Source of the DNA: a virus
Reading direction: 5' to 3' (one strand)
DNA: 64,000 bases
Virus record (IMG/VR): IMGVR_UViG_3300041809_000571
Coordinates: 243,841 to 307,840 of that record
This document shows positions 46,356 to 56,600 of the stretch, piece after piece; position 1 is the stretch's first letter; each line of letters starts with the position of its first letter. The notes beneath the pieces are model-generated. The model did not search any database and was not told where the DNA came from. It saw only the letters and a program-made list of their open reading frames with translations. The translations under genes and the position numbers were made by a program.

Positions 46356-49300
46356 ATGAGTCTACCACTTCTTCCAGTATCGCCGACCGTCGCCAACATT
46401 GACCAGAACCTTTTGCTGACGGTAAACTGGACTCCGCCCAAGGTCAATGGCGGATACACGCTCTACTCCGGGTGGAACATCTACCTTGCTACCCCGCCGA
46501 ATGCTTCTCCGACTTCCGTCTTCACCACCGGTTTGAGTTTTGGGGGAACGGTAAGCAGTCCGTCCTTTGAAGAGACCTTGCAGGTGGGCGATTATGCCAT
46601 GAGTATGGTTGCAGTATCCTCCGACCTTACTCAATATCAGGACAGCCCCTTCTGGGATGTGTATCACACCTTCCCACCCGCCTTGACCAGCAGTCTCGTG
46701 GCTTTTGACAACAGCACCCTCCTCCTCGGGCAGACCTTAACCATTACTCTCAGCAGCCTTTATGACGGCTCGAATTCAAGCTCATGGCAGGTTTTCTATC
46801 AAGATGGCAGCAGTTCCGGTCCTCTCCCCTTGAGCAACCGGGTAGTCACCAAGATTTTCACTACACCGGGCACCCAGACCATCGTTGTGCAAGTGCTTAA
46901 CGATTTCAGCCTCAACTCCCCACCGGTCAAACTTACCCGGTCCTTCGCTTTTAGCGTCTACGTGATGAACCAGCAGTACAGCGCTGCCCCGGAAACCTCC
47001 ATCACTGGTACCCTCGGTGTCGCCGGGGAACAGGGATTTGAGATTGTCAACAACACCTCCGTGCTGACCGCACCTCAGCCTTTTGAGGTCATTGTCCGCA
47101 GCCTCGTCCGGGACATGATAACGAACGAACTCAAGCTTCTCGTTGCTACAAGCCGTTACAGCAATGCCAGCAGCCTCCTTGGCACCATGGCGCTGGACGT
47201 GTTCCCATTCTCAGGACGCCCGCAAGCACAGGAGCTTTTGGAGCCGTTGACAGAGGTTGTTCCCAGCACAGGCACACTGTCTCCTGTCAGCATCCAAACT
47301 GCCTCCCTACCCAGCAACTCTTATGTTGGTATCCCCATGCTGGATTTCAAGATGGCGGCAGCGGGTGGTAATGCCCCTTATAGTTGGTTTGCGGACGGGC
47401 TTCCTCCCGGCCTCAAGATGAGTATCGACGGAACCATAAGTGGTACTCCCACACAACTAGGCAACTTCACCGTCAACATCTCCGTGATGGATAGCACCAC
47501 ACCGGCATTTATCGCCGAGGGGACATTCACTTTCACTATCCCCACTAATCTTACCATCACTACAACGTCCATTGCTAATGCGACGGTTCTTACTCCTTAC
47601 ACCCAGCAAATGGTGAACACCGGGGGATTGCTGCCATTTACATGGTCCATTCAGGGAGGAGCGTTGCCGGTTGGTCTCACCATCAACCCCGCAACCGGAT
47701 TGATTTCCGGCGTTCCTTGCACCTACAGTCTCACAGACTTTAGCAACCTGTTCTCCGTTACGATACAGGTTCAGGATGCTGTGGGAGCGCTGGCCTCCAG
47801 TACTTTTACGCTAACACTATCTCGTGCGGCCCTTACGGTTGGGAATCCCGACCAATCCGTTATCTACGCCGGGCAGAGTTTCAGGATTGATGTCCCGGTG
47901 TTTGGAGGAGTCCCACCCTACACTCTCAACTCTCCCTCCGATGACCTTAGCTTGGCTTCTTTCAGCCTCATCGACGGAGTAGTGGAAGCGCAGATAACCG
48001 TCCCCAACAACAAGCTGGGAGTACACTACCTGACTATCCCCGTGACGGACAGTGCTACCCCCTCACCCGCTACCGTTGTTGCCAAAGTTTACTACACGGC
48101 TCAGACCGAAGTCAGCAACATTCTCGATACCGCAGCGGCATTCGACCACATCTGGGGATATGCGGAAACCAACCCCCTGACAGAGGCGATATCCGGCACC
48201 TTCCAAGGTTTCGTTCTCAATCAGAATAACAACTTCCCCGTTCCCGGTGGTGACTTTGTCAACCCCAATGGGTTGGCTGTAACAGTCTGCCCAATCACCT
48301 CCGTCAGTCCTCAGTCTCCTCCGGTCGCCGGTCCACTTATCGAAGTCTCTGGCCCGCCTACGAGCTATGGCAACACCGAAGCAGATGTCCCCATCATTCT
48401 TACCAACGGGGTAAATACGGTAGCAACCATTATCCGTACTTTCTCACTCCTCTCCCACAATGACATTGCCTCCTTGGGAGACATCGGAGTGGTGACCAAC
48501 TTTGCCCGTCCTTACATCATCGGGGATGCCGTGGGCCTTAATCCTCAACGTCCATACTTCAATTCCCCACTACTTCCTGCTGGTAGTCCGCCCGAGTCTA
48601 CCTTCACTGTCAGGCTCAAGTTGGGTTCCGCTTTGCCGACAGGTTTGTCTTTGGACCAGATTACGGGCCTAGTCTACGGAAACCTGCTCGCCACATACGC
48701 CCCGGCAACCGTGTTTGAGTACATTGATGCCTCCTCCAACGTTCATGGCACCATCACCGTCAACTGGAATACGGTCCCCAAGGGCAACTCGTTGACTTCT
48801 CATCTCGGAACGGGTAAACTCACAACCTCGTACACGGGGACCATTGTTACCTCCGGTTCGGCTCCCTTGGTATCTGCCACGGTGTATCGTGGTCATCTCC
48901 CGGCTGGCTTAAGTTTTGCTGTTGCCGGTAACACCGCTACTTTGAGTGGGACTCCCACCGAAGCTGGGTATTTTGATTTGTGGATTCAGCTTACCGACAC
49001 ATCGGGGTCTTCTTCCTATCTCTATCAGCGGCTCGCCATTCAATACATCACCCCGCTCACAATCCTGACGAGCACTTTGCAGCCCATCGTAGAGACCGTT
49101 GCCTACTCTCAGACACTTATTGGATACGGGGGAGTTCCTCCTTACACGTGGTCCAGCGATATATTGACCAGTGCCGCTCCCTTGTCTCCTTACATCACTC
49201 TCAATGCTTCTACGGGAGTGCTTTCCGGGACCGTTCCCAACACATTCCCCGAGCCATACAGCGCCAACGTCACTTTTACGCTCACTGATAGCAACAGTAT

Positions 49301-52094
49301 TGTGACTCACAGGGTGATTACTCTCACAGTCAACAGTGCCCTGACTATCACCACCACATCCATTGCTCCCATCACCGCCGCAACCCCGTACACATTCCAG
49401 TTACAGGCGATAGGTGGGATTGCTCCTTACACGTGGCAGCCAGCCGCTCCACTCCCGACCGGCATTACCTTCAACAGTTCTGGCGTACTTTCTGGGACCA
49501 CTACGGATATTGCCTACGGAAGTCAGTCCGTAACTTTTACGGTCCAAGACTCCGTTGCCAACTCCACCAATAATACACTCACTGTTACGGTGGGCGTGCT
49601 TTCTGGTATGACCATTGACTCCAGCGGGGTAGTGCCCATCAACCGGGGAGTAAACTATCTTGGTACCCTCGCAGTTCAAGGCAGCTTCACCACCCTCGTA
49701 TCATGGACAGTGATTGCTGACCCCAACAATCTCTTTGTGGGAGAGGGTGGACCTCTCACCCTTACACCCAGTTCCTCTGATAGTGGAACAACCGCTCGTA
49801 TCACCGGCCTTTATACCGGTGCGCCATTTGCTTCTGACTCCGTTACTTTCCAAGCGGTAGACCTCGGGGGACACTTGGCAACCGCCGTAGTCAATATGTC
49901 TGCTATCACCAATATCGCCATCACCTCCACCTCACCCCTGCCACAGGGGCTTATCAACATTGCTTACAGTCAGCAGCTAACTGCTACCGGAGGAGGCTCG
50001 CCCACAGGTGGTGCGCCCGTGTACACGTGGTCGTCTACGGGTCTTCCGGGAGGTTTCAGCTTGAGTGCTGGGGGCCTCCTAACCGGTACTTCTCCTTCGG
50101 CAATTAACACGACATTCAACGCCACAGTCTCCGATGGAATGTCACCGGCAGACTCCGTTACCGCTCCCTTGCAGTTGGTCATTTCCGCCAGCACACTCGC
50201 TATCACCAACTCTTCTCCTCTACCGGGAGCTACAGCCGGGGTCACTTACTCCAACACCTTCAATGCTTCGGGAGGTTCCGCTCCGTATAACTCTTGGACT
50301 GTTGTCGCCGGGGCCTTGCCTAGCGGCCTGACTCTCAACTCCTCCACGGGAATACTTTCTGGAAAAACCACGGCACCGGGAACCTACACGTTCACCGTTC
50401 AGGTTACGGACAACGCTGGTTCTACTACCCAAAAGCAGTTCAGTCTCACCGTGGCTGTCGGTCTCACCCTTAAGACCGGTATCGACTACGTTAATGGTCT
50501 ATCACTCGGCTCTCTTGGTTATGTGGCAAACGGCAACGTTGACACCATCAATCCCCGTACAAACAAGTCGTTCTACGTTGTGGCCCTTGGGGTCATTGCG
50601 ACACAGACCAGTCAGCTTAGTGCCACTCCTCCCGCAGGATACACTTATGTGGTGGAGTCGGTAAGTGGCGGAGTGGCATTTATCCGCCTGAGTGGACCGT
50701 TCTCTTCGGGAAGTGGCAGCTTCCCCATCACTGTAACCGATGTGGGAGGGGTTAACGCCTCCGCTACATTTACCTATACGGTCTACACCAATGGGGCACT
50801 TCGTACCACTGTAACCAGCGGCAGCATTCCGTCTTACGGCGTACCGCTCTTGCAGGGGGTTAGCGCCACACTGCCCATCTACAACAACCCCAGCAGCCCG
50901 GAGTTTGACTTCCAAGCATACAACAGTCAAACCCCCGATGCCGCTACCGCCGCCACGACAGACTTTACTCTGTCCGGGGATAACAACAACTATCAGGGAC
51001 TCATCAGTTTTGGGTACACCAATCCGAATTTCCAACTCTCTTACAATGGAGGAACTCCGGTATCCGGTTCGGCGGGAAACTCCATGACGCTATCCGACCA
51101 AGACATTGCTTGGTATCAGGGCAGCAACAAATCCTTCGACCTGTTTGCTGTGGGAGGCTCCGGTGGAGGCAAGCAGTTGGGACTTAATTTCCTCTACTTC
51201 TGTAAGCCCACAGTGTCCTCTGTCAGCCCGATTTCGGTCACCATTCCACCTTTGAATTACACCACCAACACGGGTGGTCCTTTCCTGCCTCACTCGGAAG
51301 TGGAACAGACTAATGTTTCCGGCGACGTGGGGTGGATAACTTATGGAAATCTCGGCTCTGGTGGGCAAGACACCATCACCCTCTACAGTTCTAATAACAG
51401 CAATGCCCACATCGCCAAGAACCTGCTCCTGACCAATCTTGGGTTCAATATTCCGAGCAACGCTACCGTCACTAATGTGGATGTCAGCGTTTACCTCACT
51501 CAATCAGCCGGAACGAGCGGGGCTTACACCACCATAAACCTTTTGGGGTGGGCGGCTTCTACCATCAATCAGACCCAAGAAGGTGCGAATGTTGTTCACG
51601 ATTTCAGCTTCTACAGCCCCGCAGGGCTTACCCCGGCAATCGTCAATAGTGCAGGTTTCGGAGCCATTCTATACCTATCCTGCACGCAACAGCCGGGAAC
51701 CGGTGCAGTTCTGCAACTTCAAAGTGTTAATATCTCGGTTACCTATACGGTCCCGAACTATAACAACTTTGTGGTGACCCTCAGTCAGCCCATCTCTCCG
51801 CAGCAACAGGGGGGAAGTGGGGTAGCCTCCTCAATAGGGGTTTCAAGCTGTTCGTTCACCAACGGTGTCTCGGTTATTGCCGTCAATCCAAACTATGGTA
51901 CGGGGGCACTCGCCGGTTGGCTCACAGGGTGGACGATTCAGGCCCAATTCCCGAGTGGAACGGGGACTATCTCCACGGTGCTGAGTATGACGGTCAACGG
52001 CAACTCCACCATTCTAAATGGGACCAGTATCGTTAGCCAGCCCGTCACTTACATCAGTGGCAATGTGGCTACGATAACCGGAACCTACAGTTAG
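46356..52094 (+). CDS. Giant adhesin-like fiber protein with at least 6 tandem putative Ig (He_PIG / cadherin-like) repeats
   Basis: 1912 aa with repeated units such as YSWFADGLPPGLKMSIDGTISGTPTQLGNFTVNISVMD, FTWSIQGGALPVGLTINPATGLISGVP and YTWSSTGLPGGFSLSAGGLLTGTSP, which fit the LPxGL...TGxISGTP pattern of the PF05345-type Ig domain. Confidence 0.55.
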   Translation: MSLPLLPVSPTVANIDQNLLLTVNWTPPKVNGGYTLYSGWNIYLATPPNASPTSVFTTGLSFGGTVSSPSFEETLQVGDYAMSMVAVSSDLTQYQDSPFWDVYHTFPPALTSSLVAFDNSTLLLGQTLTITLSSLYDGSNSSSWQVFYQDGSSSGPLPLSNRVVTKIFTTPGTQTIVVQVLNDFSLNSPPVKLTRSFAFSVYVMNQQYSAAPETSITGTLGVAGEQGFEIVNNTSVLTAPQPFEVIVRSLVRDMITNELKLLVATSRYSNASSLLGTMALDVFPFSGRPQAQELLEPLTEVVPSTGTLSPVSIQTASLPSNSYVGIPMLDFKMAAAGGNAPYSWFADGLPPGLKMSIDGTISGTPTQLGNFTVNISVMDSTTPAFIAEGTFTFTIPTNLTITTTSIANATVLTPYTQQMVNTGGLLPFTWSIQGGALPVGLTINPATGLISGVPCTYSLTDFSNLFSVTIQVQDAVGALASSTFTLTLSRAALTVGNPDQSVIYAGQSFRIDVPVFGGVPPYTLNSPSDDLSLASFSLIDGVVEAQITVPNNKLGVHYLTIPVTDSATPSPATVVAKVYYTAQTEVSNILDTAAAFDHIWGYAETNPLTEAISGTFQGFVLNQNNNFPVPGGDFVNPNGLAVTVCPITSVSPQSPPVAGPLIEVSGPPTSYGNTEADVPIILTNGVNTVATIIRTFSLLSHNDIASLGDIGVVTNFARPYIIGDAVGLNPQRPYFNSPLLPAGSPPESTFTVRLKLGSALPTGLSLDQITGLVYGNLLATYAPATVFEYIDASSNVHGTITVNWNTVPKGNSLTSHLGTGKLTTSYTGTIVTSGSAPLVSATVYRGHLPAGLSFAVAGNTATLSGTPTEAGYFDLWIQLTDTSGSSSYLYQRLAIQYITPLTILTSTLQPIVETVAYSQTLIGYGGVPPYTWSSDILTSAAPLSPYITLNASTGVLSGTVPNTFPEPYSANVTFTLTDSNSIVTHRVITLTVNSALTITTTSIAPITAATPYTFQLQAIGGIAPYTWQPAAPLPTGITFNSSGVLSGTTTDIAYGSQSVTFTVQDSVANSTNNTLTVTVGVLSGMTIDSSGVVPINRGVNYLGTLAVQGSFTTLVSWTVIADPNNLFVGEGGPLTLTPSSSDSGTTARITGLYTGAPFASDSVTFQAVDLGGHLATAVVNMSAITNIAITSTSPLPQGLINIAYSQQLTATGGGSPTGGAPVYTWSSTGLPGGFSLSAGGLLTGTSPSAINTTFNATVSDGMSPADSVTAPLQLVISASTLAITNSSPLPGATAGVTYSNTFNASGGSAPYNSWTVVAGALPSGLTLNSSTGILSGKTTAPGTYTFTVQVTDNAGSTTQKQFSLTVAVGLTLKTGIDYVNGLSLGSLGYVANGNVDTINPRTNKSFYVVALGVIATQTSQLSATPPAGYTYVVESVSGGVAFIRLSGPFSSGSGSFPITVTDVGGVNASATFTYTVYTNGALRTTVTSGSIPSYGVPLLQGVSATLPIYNNPSSPEFDFQAYNSQTPDAATAATTDFTLSGDNNNYQGLISFGYTNPNFQLSYNGGTPVSGSAGNSMTLSDQDIAWYQGSNKSFDLFAVGGSGGGKQLGLNFLYFCKPTVSSVSPISVTIPPLNYTTNTGGPFLPHSEVEQTNVSGDVGWITYGNLGSGGQDTITLYSSNNSNAHIAKNLLLTNLGFNIPSNATVTNVDVSVYLTQSAGTSGAYTTINLLGWAASTINQTQEGANVVHDFSFYSPAGLTPAIVNSAGFGAILYLSCTQQPGTGAVLQLQSVNISVTYTVPNYNNFVVTLSQPISPQQQGGSGVASSIGVSSCSFTNGVSVIAVNPNYGTGALAGWLTGWTIQAQFPSGTGTISTVLSMTVNGNSTILNGTSIVSQPVTYISGNVATITGTYS

Positions 52095-52102
52095 GGGAGG
52101 AT

Positions 52103-52843
52103 ATGGCAGCCGTAGCACCTGTTAAATACTCATACGCCGGACCACCCTTTCATTGGCTGGGGAACTTCGCTCTCTCCCAGTGGCAGTCCTTTCAAAAGTG
52201 GGTCAACAACCGCACGGGGGATGTGGCGGCAATTTCTACCTTCCATCGTATCCGGGCGGAGCAACTTCGCAAAACGGCGGGGGTGCTTGAGCAGTACTAC
52301 TCCACCGTCTACCCCGAGGACCCAGCCTCTCACGACCAAAGTCTTGCCCCTACGTTTAAGAAGCCCATCTGGCAGCCGGGGCAGTATGGGCACTTTAACT
52401 ATTCGGTAGCCAATGACCATCTTCCCATGGTCATGGTCAGCCGGATAAAGAAGGGGGTGCAGCCCGCTCTCGAAAGGGAGTCCGACGCCGTCTACTACAT
52501 GAACCAAGTCCGCTGTCTCATTGAGAAGAATGAAGACGCCGCCCAGTTCTCCAACGACTTCTTGCAGGACCCACCTGCGGATAGCAGTGGAAGCAATCCA
52601 AGAACTCTAACGGAGCTTCTCACCAAGATTAACACCTATTTCAACAAACCAGAGTATCAGACCACTCTAATAGACGACGTGAATGCCGGTAACATGTACA
52701 AAGGACAGCCTTACGGTCGAACCAGTCAGGCTGATGATATGACCCAGTGGGAGTTGGAACAGGCGAATCACGGGCAGCCTGACGACCCCATCAACATCGT
52801 GGATACCGAGAGTATTGACCCCACGACGACTACGGTGACTTAA
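52103..52843 (+). CDS. putative virion protein
   Basis: 246-aa ORF. Confidence 0.4.
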   Translation: MAAVAPVKYSYAGPPFHWLGNFALSQWQSFQKWVNNRTGDVAAISTFHRIRAEQLRKTAGVLEQYYSTVYPEDPASHDQSLAPTFKKPIWQPGQYGHFNYSVANDHLPMVMVSRIKKGVQPALERESDAVYYMNQVRCLIEKNEDAAQFSNDFLQDPPADSSGSNPRTLTELLTKINTYFNKPEYQTTLIDDVNAGNMYKGQPYGRTSQADDMTQWELEQANHGQPDDPINIVDTESIDPTTTTVT

Positions 52844-53622
52844 TGAGCTATGATTACAATACCGGTCTCCAAGCGTGCCCACACACCATTTACGGGGAGA
52901 GGTATGTAATTGATACTACAGATTTTAGGACGCTTCATTATGCCGCCGACCCGGCGCTCAATATGCGTGCTCCTATCAACGGACAAGCAGTCGTGCAGAT
53001 TTTCATCAGCGGGGAAGTGGTTCAGCCCAATGACCCAACCTACGGATACTCCATCCTGTCGGACCCCAACCGGCTGGTGGGCACAACCGCCAACTTTTAC
53101 AAGATTGTCTTCAACAAGCCAGTGCGGTTTTTCATCCCGCTCATCGAAGTCAACTACATCACCTTGCAGGCGTTCTGTCTACGGTGCTCCGCCACGGGGC
53201 AACTCAATGACCTTGTGATTTCTTCCTCCGGGGCCATGCAAAAGGTGTGGGATACCAACAAGTTGACCCAGAAGGTTTTGAAGTTCGTCCTCACCTCCGT
53301 CTGTCCCTTTTATCCCCAGTTCACCTGTGCTATTCGCAGTTACATCGGGCAGAAGTTCGGGGTGACTATTACGGAAGAGGATGTATCCTCACAGATAATG
53401 GATGCTTTGCAGAGCATCAAGCAAGTACAGTCCGCCCAGCGCACCGTGCAGACTTTGAGTTTGCTGGAAATGCTTAAGGACATAGGGAATATCACCATAA
53501 CCATGCCGGACCCGACCAGCATCGTGGCCCAGTGCAGCGTGACTTCTTATGGAACTCCGGTGACCCCTTCATCGGTAACCTTCTCTATAACGTCTAACAG
53601 AAACTTAGTGGGGACTCAATGA
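52843..53622 (+). CDS. putative virion/baseplate protein
   Basis: 259-aa ORF, translationally coupled to the upstream gene. Confidence 0.4.
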   Translation: MSYDYNTGLQACPHTIYGERYVIDTTDFRTLHYAADPALNMRAPINGQAVVQIFISGEVVQPNDPTYGYSILSDPNRLVGTTANFYKIVFNKPVRFFIPLIEVNYITLQAFCLRCSATGQLNDLVISSSGAMQKVWDTNKLTQKVLKFVLTSVCPFYPQFTCAIRSYIGQKFGVTITEEDVSSQIMDALQSIKQVQSAQRTVQTLSLLEMLKDIGNITITMPDPTSIVAQCSVTSYGTPVTPSSVTFSITSNRNLVGTQ

Positions 53623-56600
53623 TACCGCCCAGCTTAGGAAACCCGCTCACGTTCATCGCCCCGGTCATCATGACCGGCAGCCCGCCCGTGCAGATTACTG
53701 CCATGTCGGTGGATAGCAGCATTCTGTCCTTTGTCGTCCAAGGGGAGATATCTTACATCCGCCTTGAGGTGTCCCTCTCCAACGAAGCACTGGTGGTATC
53801 AACCGCCTCCATTTCTGGGGGCATCGCTAACTTTTCGGGAAACGCTACCATCAATCTTGCGGGTGGGGATGTTCCCATTCAGTTTATAGCCCGCAACTAC
53901 GACCCCAGTCAAATAGGTTGGCAGGCAACCACCACCCGTGCCGTGGGGTATGTTTTTGTTGACGACAACGGACAAGTTCAAAAAGCCATAGCTTCCACCG
54001 GTTCCACGGGTAGCAACGAACCAACTGTATTCACGACTGCGGGCGCAAACGATGATTTGTCTGCTATCGTAACGGGCATCGCCATTGCTAATAATCTCCT
54101 CACGGTTACTTCAAACCATAACTTCTCCGTGGGGATGACGGTATCTTTCAACAACCTCCAGCAGGCAACATTCCTTAACGGCATATCCGTAATTGTAGCC
54201 TCGGTGACTCCCACCAGCTTTACCGCCATTTATGCTTATACGGGAAGCTATACCCAGTCCTCGCCGGAATCCGGTACCTCCGGGGTGGTCACACCTGATG
54301 GCAACGTGACGTGGCTCAATGTGGGGCCGTACACCATCTCCCCCACTGTCCAGTTTACCATCATTCCATTTCAGAGCGGGCTGGCCCCGGTCATCGGTCC
54401 TCCCTCGGGAGTAACCGCCTACAAATCGCAAGCAAGCTGTCGCATAGAGTTTCTCCAGCCGCCCTATGCAGGGGCTATCGGCACCAAGGTGATGCTCTCC
54501 ACAGACCCCGCTGGTGTTAATCCACCGTTCGTGCAGTATGGAGATGTCATCCCCCTGACTCAAATCAGCCGGGTAGCCACTCAGGTCACCACCACCAATC
54601 AGACCACCAACTATAACCCCGAGTCGGGTCAAGAGATAATCACTACCACCAACTCTGTCACCACCTACACCTACAACTACGTGGATATTCCTCCTGCTGA
54701 TGTCAATAACGTCACGCAGTTTTACGCCATGCTTTCCACAGTGGTGCAGGATACCACAGACAATGTGGTCTTTGAAAGTCAGCAGAGCGGCCCCGTGACT
54801 TGCGGATTCGTTAACCTGTCTCTCGCCAGCCCCACGGATTTCCTCGCTCTCCAGCGCCAACAGGACATCGCTTCCCGGCTTATCACCCAAATGATTAAGC
54901 TGTACCCCAGCCTTGACCTTACTCCTCGGTCGGAGATGCGGGACCTGCTCATCGACCCAGTTTCCATCGAACTCAGCAATATGAGCGTCCGGGAGTGGTT
55001 CTCTCGGTGCTCGCAATCCATCTCGGCAATAAGCCAGATAGATAATGCCAGTGGAAGTGGAGTCAGTGACCCCTTTGACTCTTCGCCCACCAAGCAACAG
55101 ATTGCCCGTGCTTATGGGTTGACTGCGGATGATACCCAGACTTTCATTGACCAGCAATTCGACCACTTGGCCCAGTCAGTGGGATTGACTCGGGGTGGGG
55201 CTACAAGCTCCGTAGTAACATTGACGTTTTACACCTATACTCAACCCACGACTACCAGCACTTTCCCCACGGGGATAATCTGCGCCACAACGGGAGATGC
55301 CTCCACACCCTCCATCACTTTCCAGACCACGGGTTCAGCATCTATAACCCCGTCTAGTGCGGCGTCCTTCTACAACCCGGTTTACGGATGGTGGGCGGTC
55401 AATGTTCCGGCCTCCTGCCAGACCACCGGCTCCAGCACCAACGTAGGGGCGGGCACCATCAATTCCATAAGCTCCAATGCCCCGGCAGGGTGGTCAGTCA
55501 CTAACCTTGCGGCGGCGGTGTTCGGAGTCGATGACGAAATCAACTCCCACTTTGCTGCTCGCATTGTCAACCGGCAGTTCACCGGAGTGGACTCAGGAAC
55601 TCGCAATGGGTATTACACCACGGCGGCAAGCACGCCGGGCATCGTGGCGGTAGAAGTAGTAGCAGCCGGGGACCTTGAGATGGTTCGTGATTGGGATAAC
55701 ATCCGGCAGAAGCATGTGTATGGATGCGTGGATGTTTATTGCCAAGGTACCTCTTCCTCCGAGGAGGACGACATTGTAGCGTTCGACTACGAGAACACTG
55801 GTGCTCCGGGAGTATACAGCACCTATCTCCCTCTCACACTTGTGTCGGCTACGAACAACCTGCTTAAGTTCCAAGTTGTTAACTCCAATTTCCAAGCCCT
55901 CAACTGGCCTTTGTACCAAGGGGTGGAGCTTATCGTTCAGGGGCTTTCCAACTCCTTCTTCCTTGATATCAGTGAAGCACAGTTCGACACCAACGGCGGT
56001 CACATCATCCTCAATCCCAGCGCCAATGCTTACTATATCTCCGGGAGTGGAGCAACACAGGTCAGAATTCCCTACCCCACGCTCGCCGCTCCAATAAGCA
56101 ACCTCGCCGCCGTGCAGGGTGTGGGATTCAACGGTACCTATCTGTTGAACGCCCGGCTCCAATCCCCGCTAACAGACACCCCCACTAATCAGCCTGTGAC
56201 CAACGTTAACTCAGTCATCGGGCAGACGGACTTTACCGGTACCATTCCCGAGGCGCTTCTTGACCTCGTACACACCTCTGACTTCCTGCTTAACGGTGGG
56301 TCTAATCAGGCGGGGGACATGGTTCAAGTGGTGTCCACTGCCACTACGCCGGTCACTGTGACCCTGACTGCCAGCACAACTACACCCGTAACCATCGGTA
56401 CCGCCATGGACATCACCGTTGACCCCAGTGGTGTTTTGGGGGATGTCCTCTCAGTCCGTTCTTCGGACCTGTCTACCCTGTATGTCAACGGGTCTGATTA
56501 CACCTTGGTGCCAGAGCCGTCTCCTTACGGCACCCCCGCAGGGCCTTATGTCGGCTGCTACGCTACCTACGGCCTTAAAACACTCACCGTGTCCAAGACC

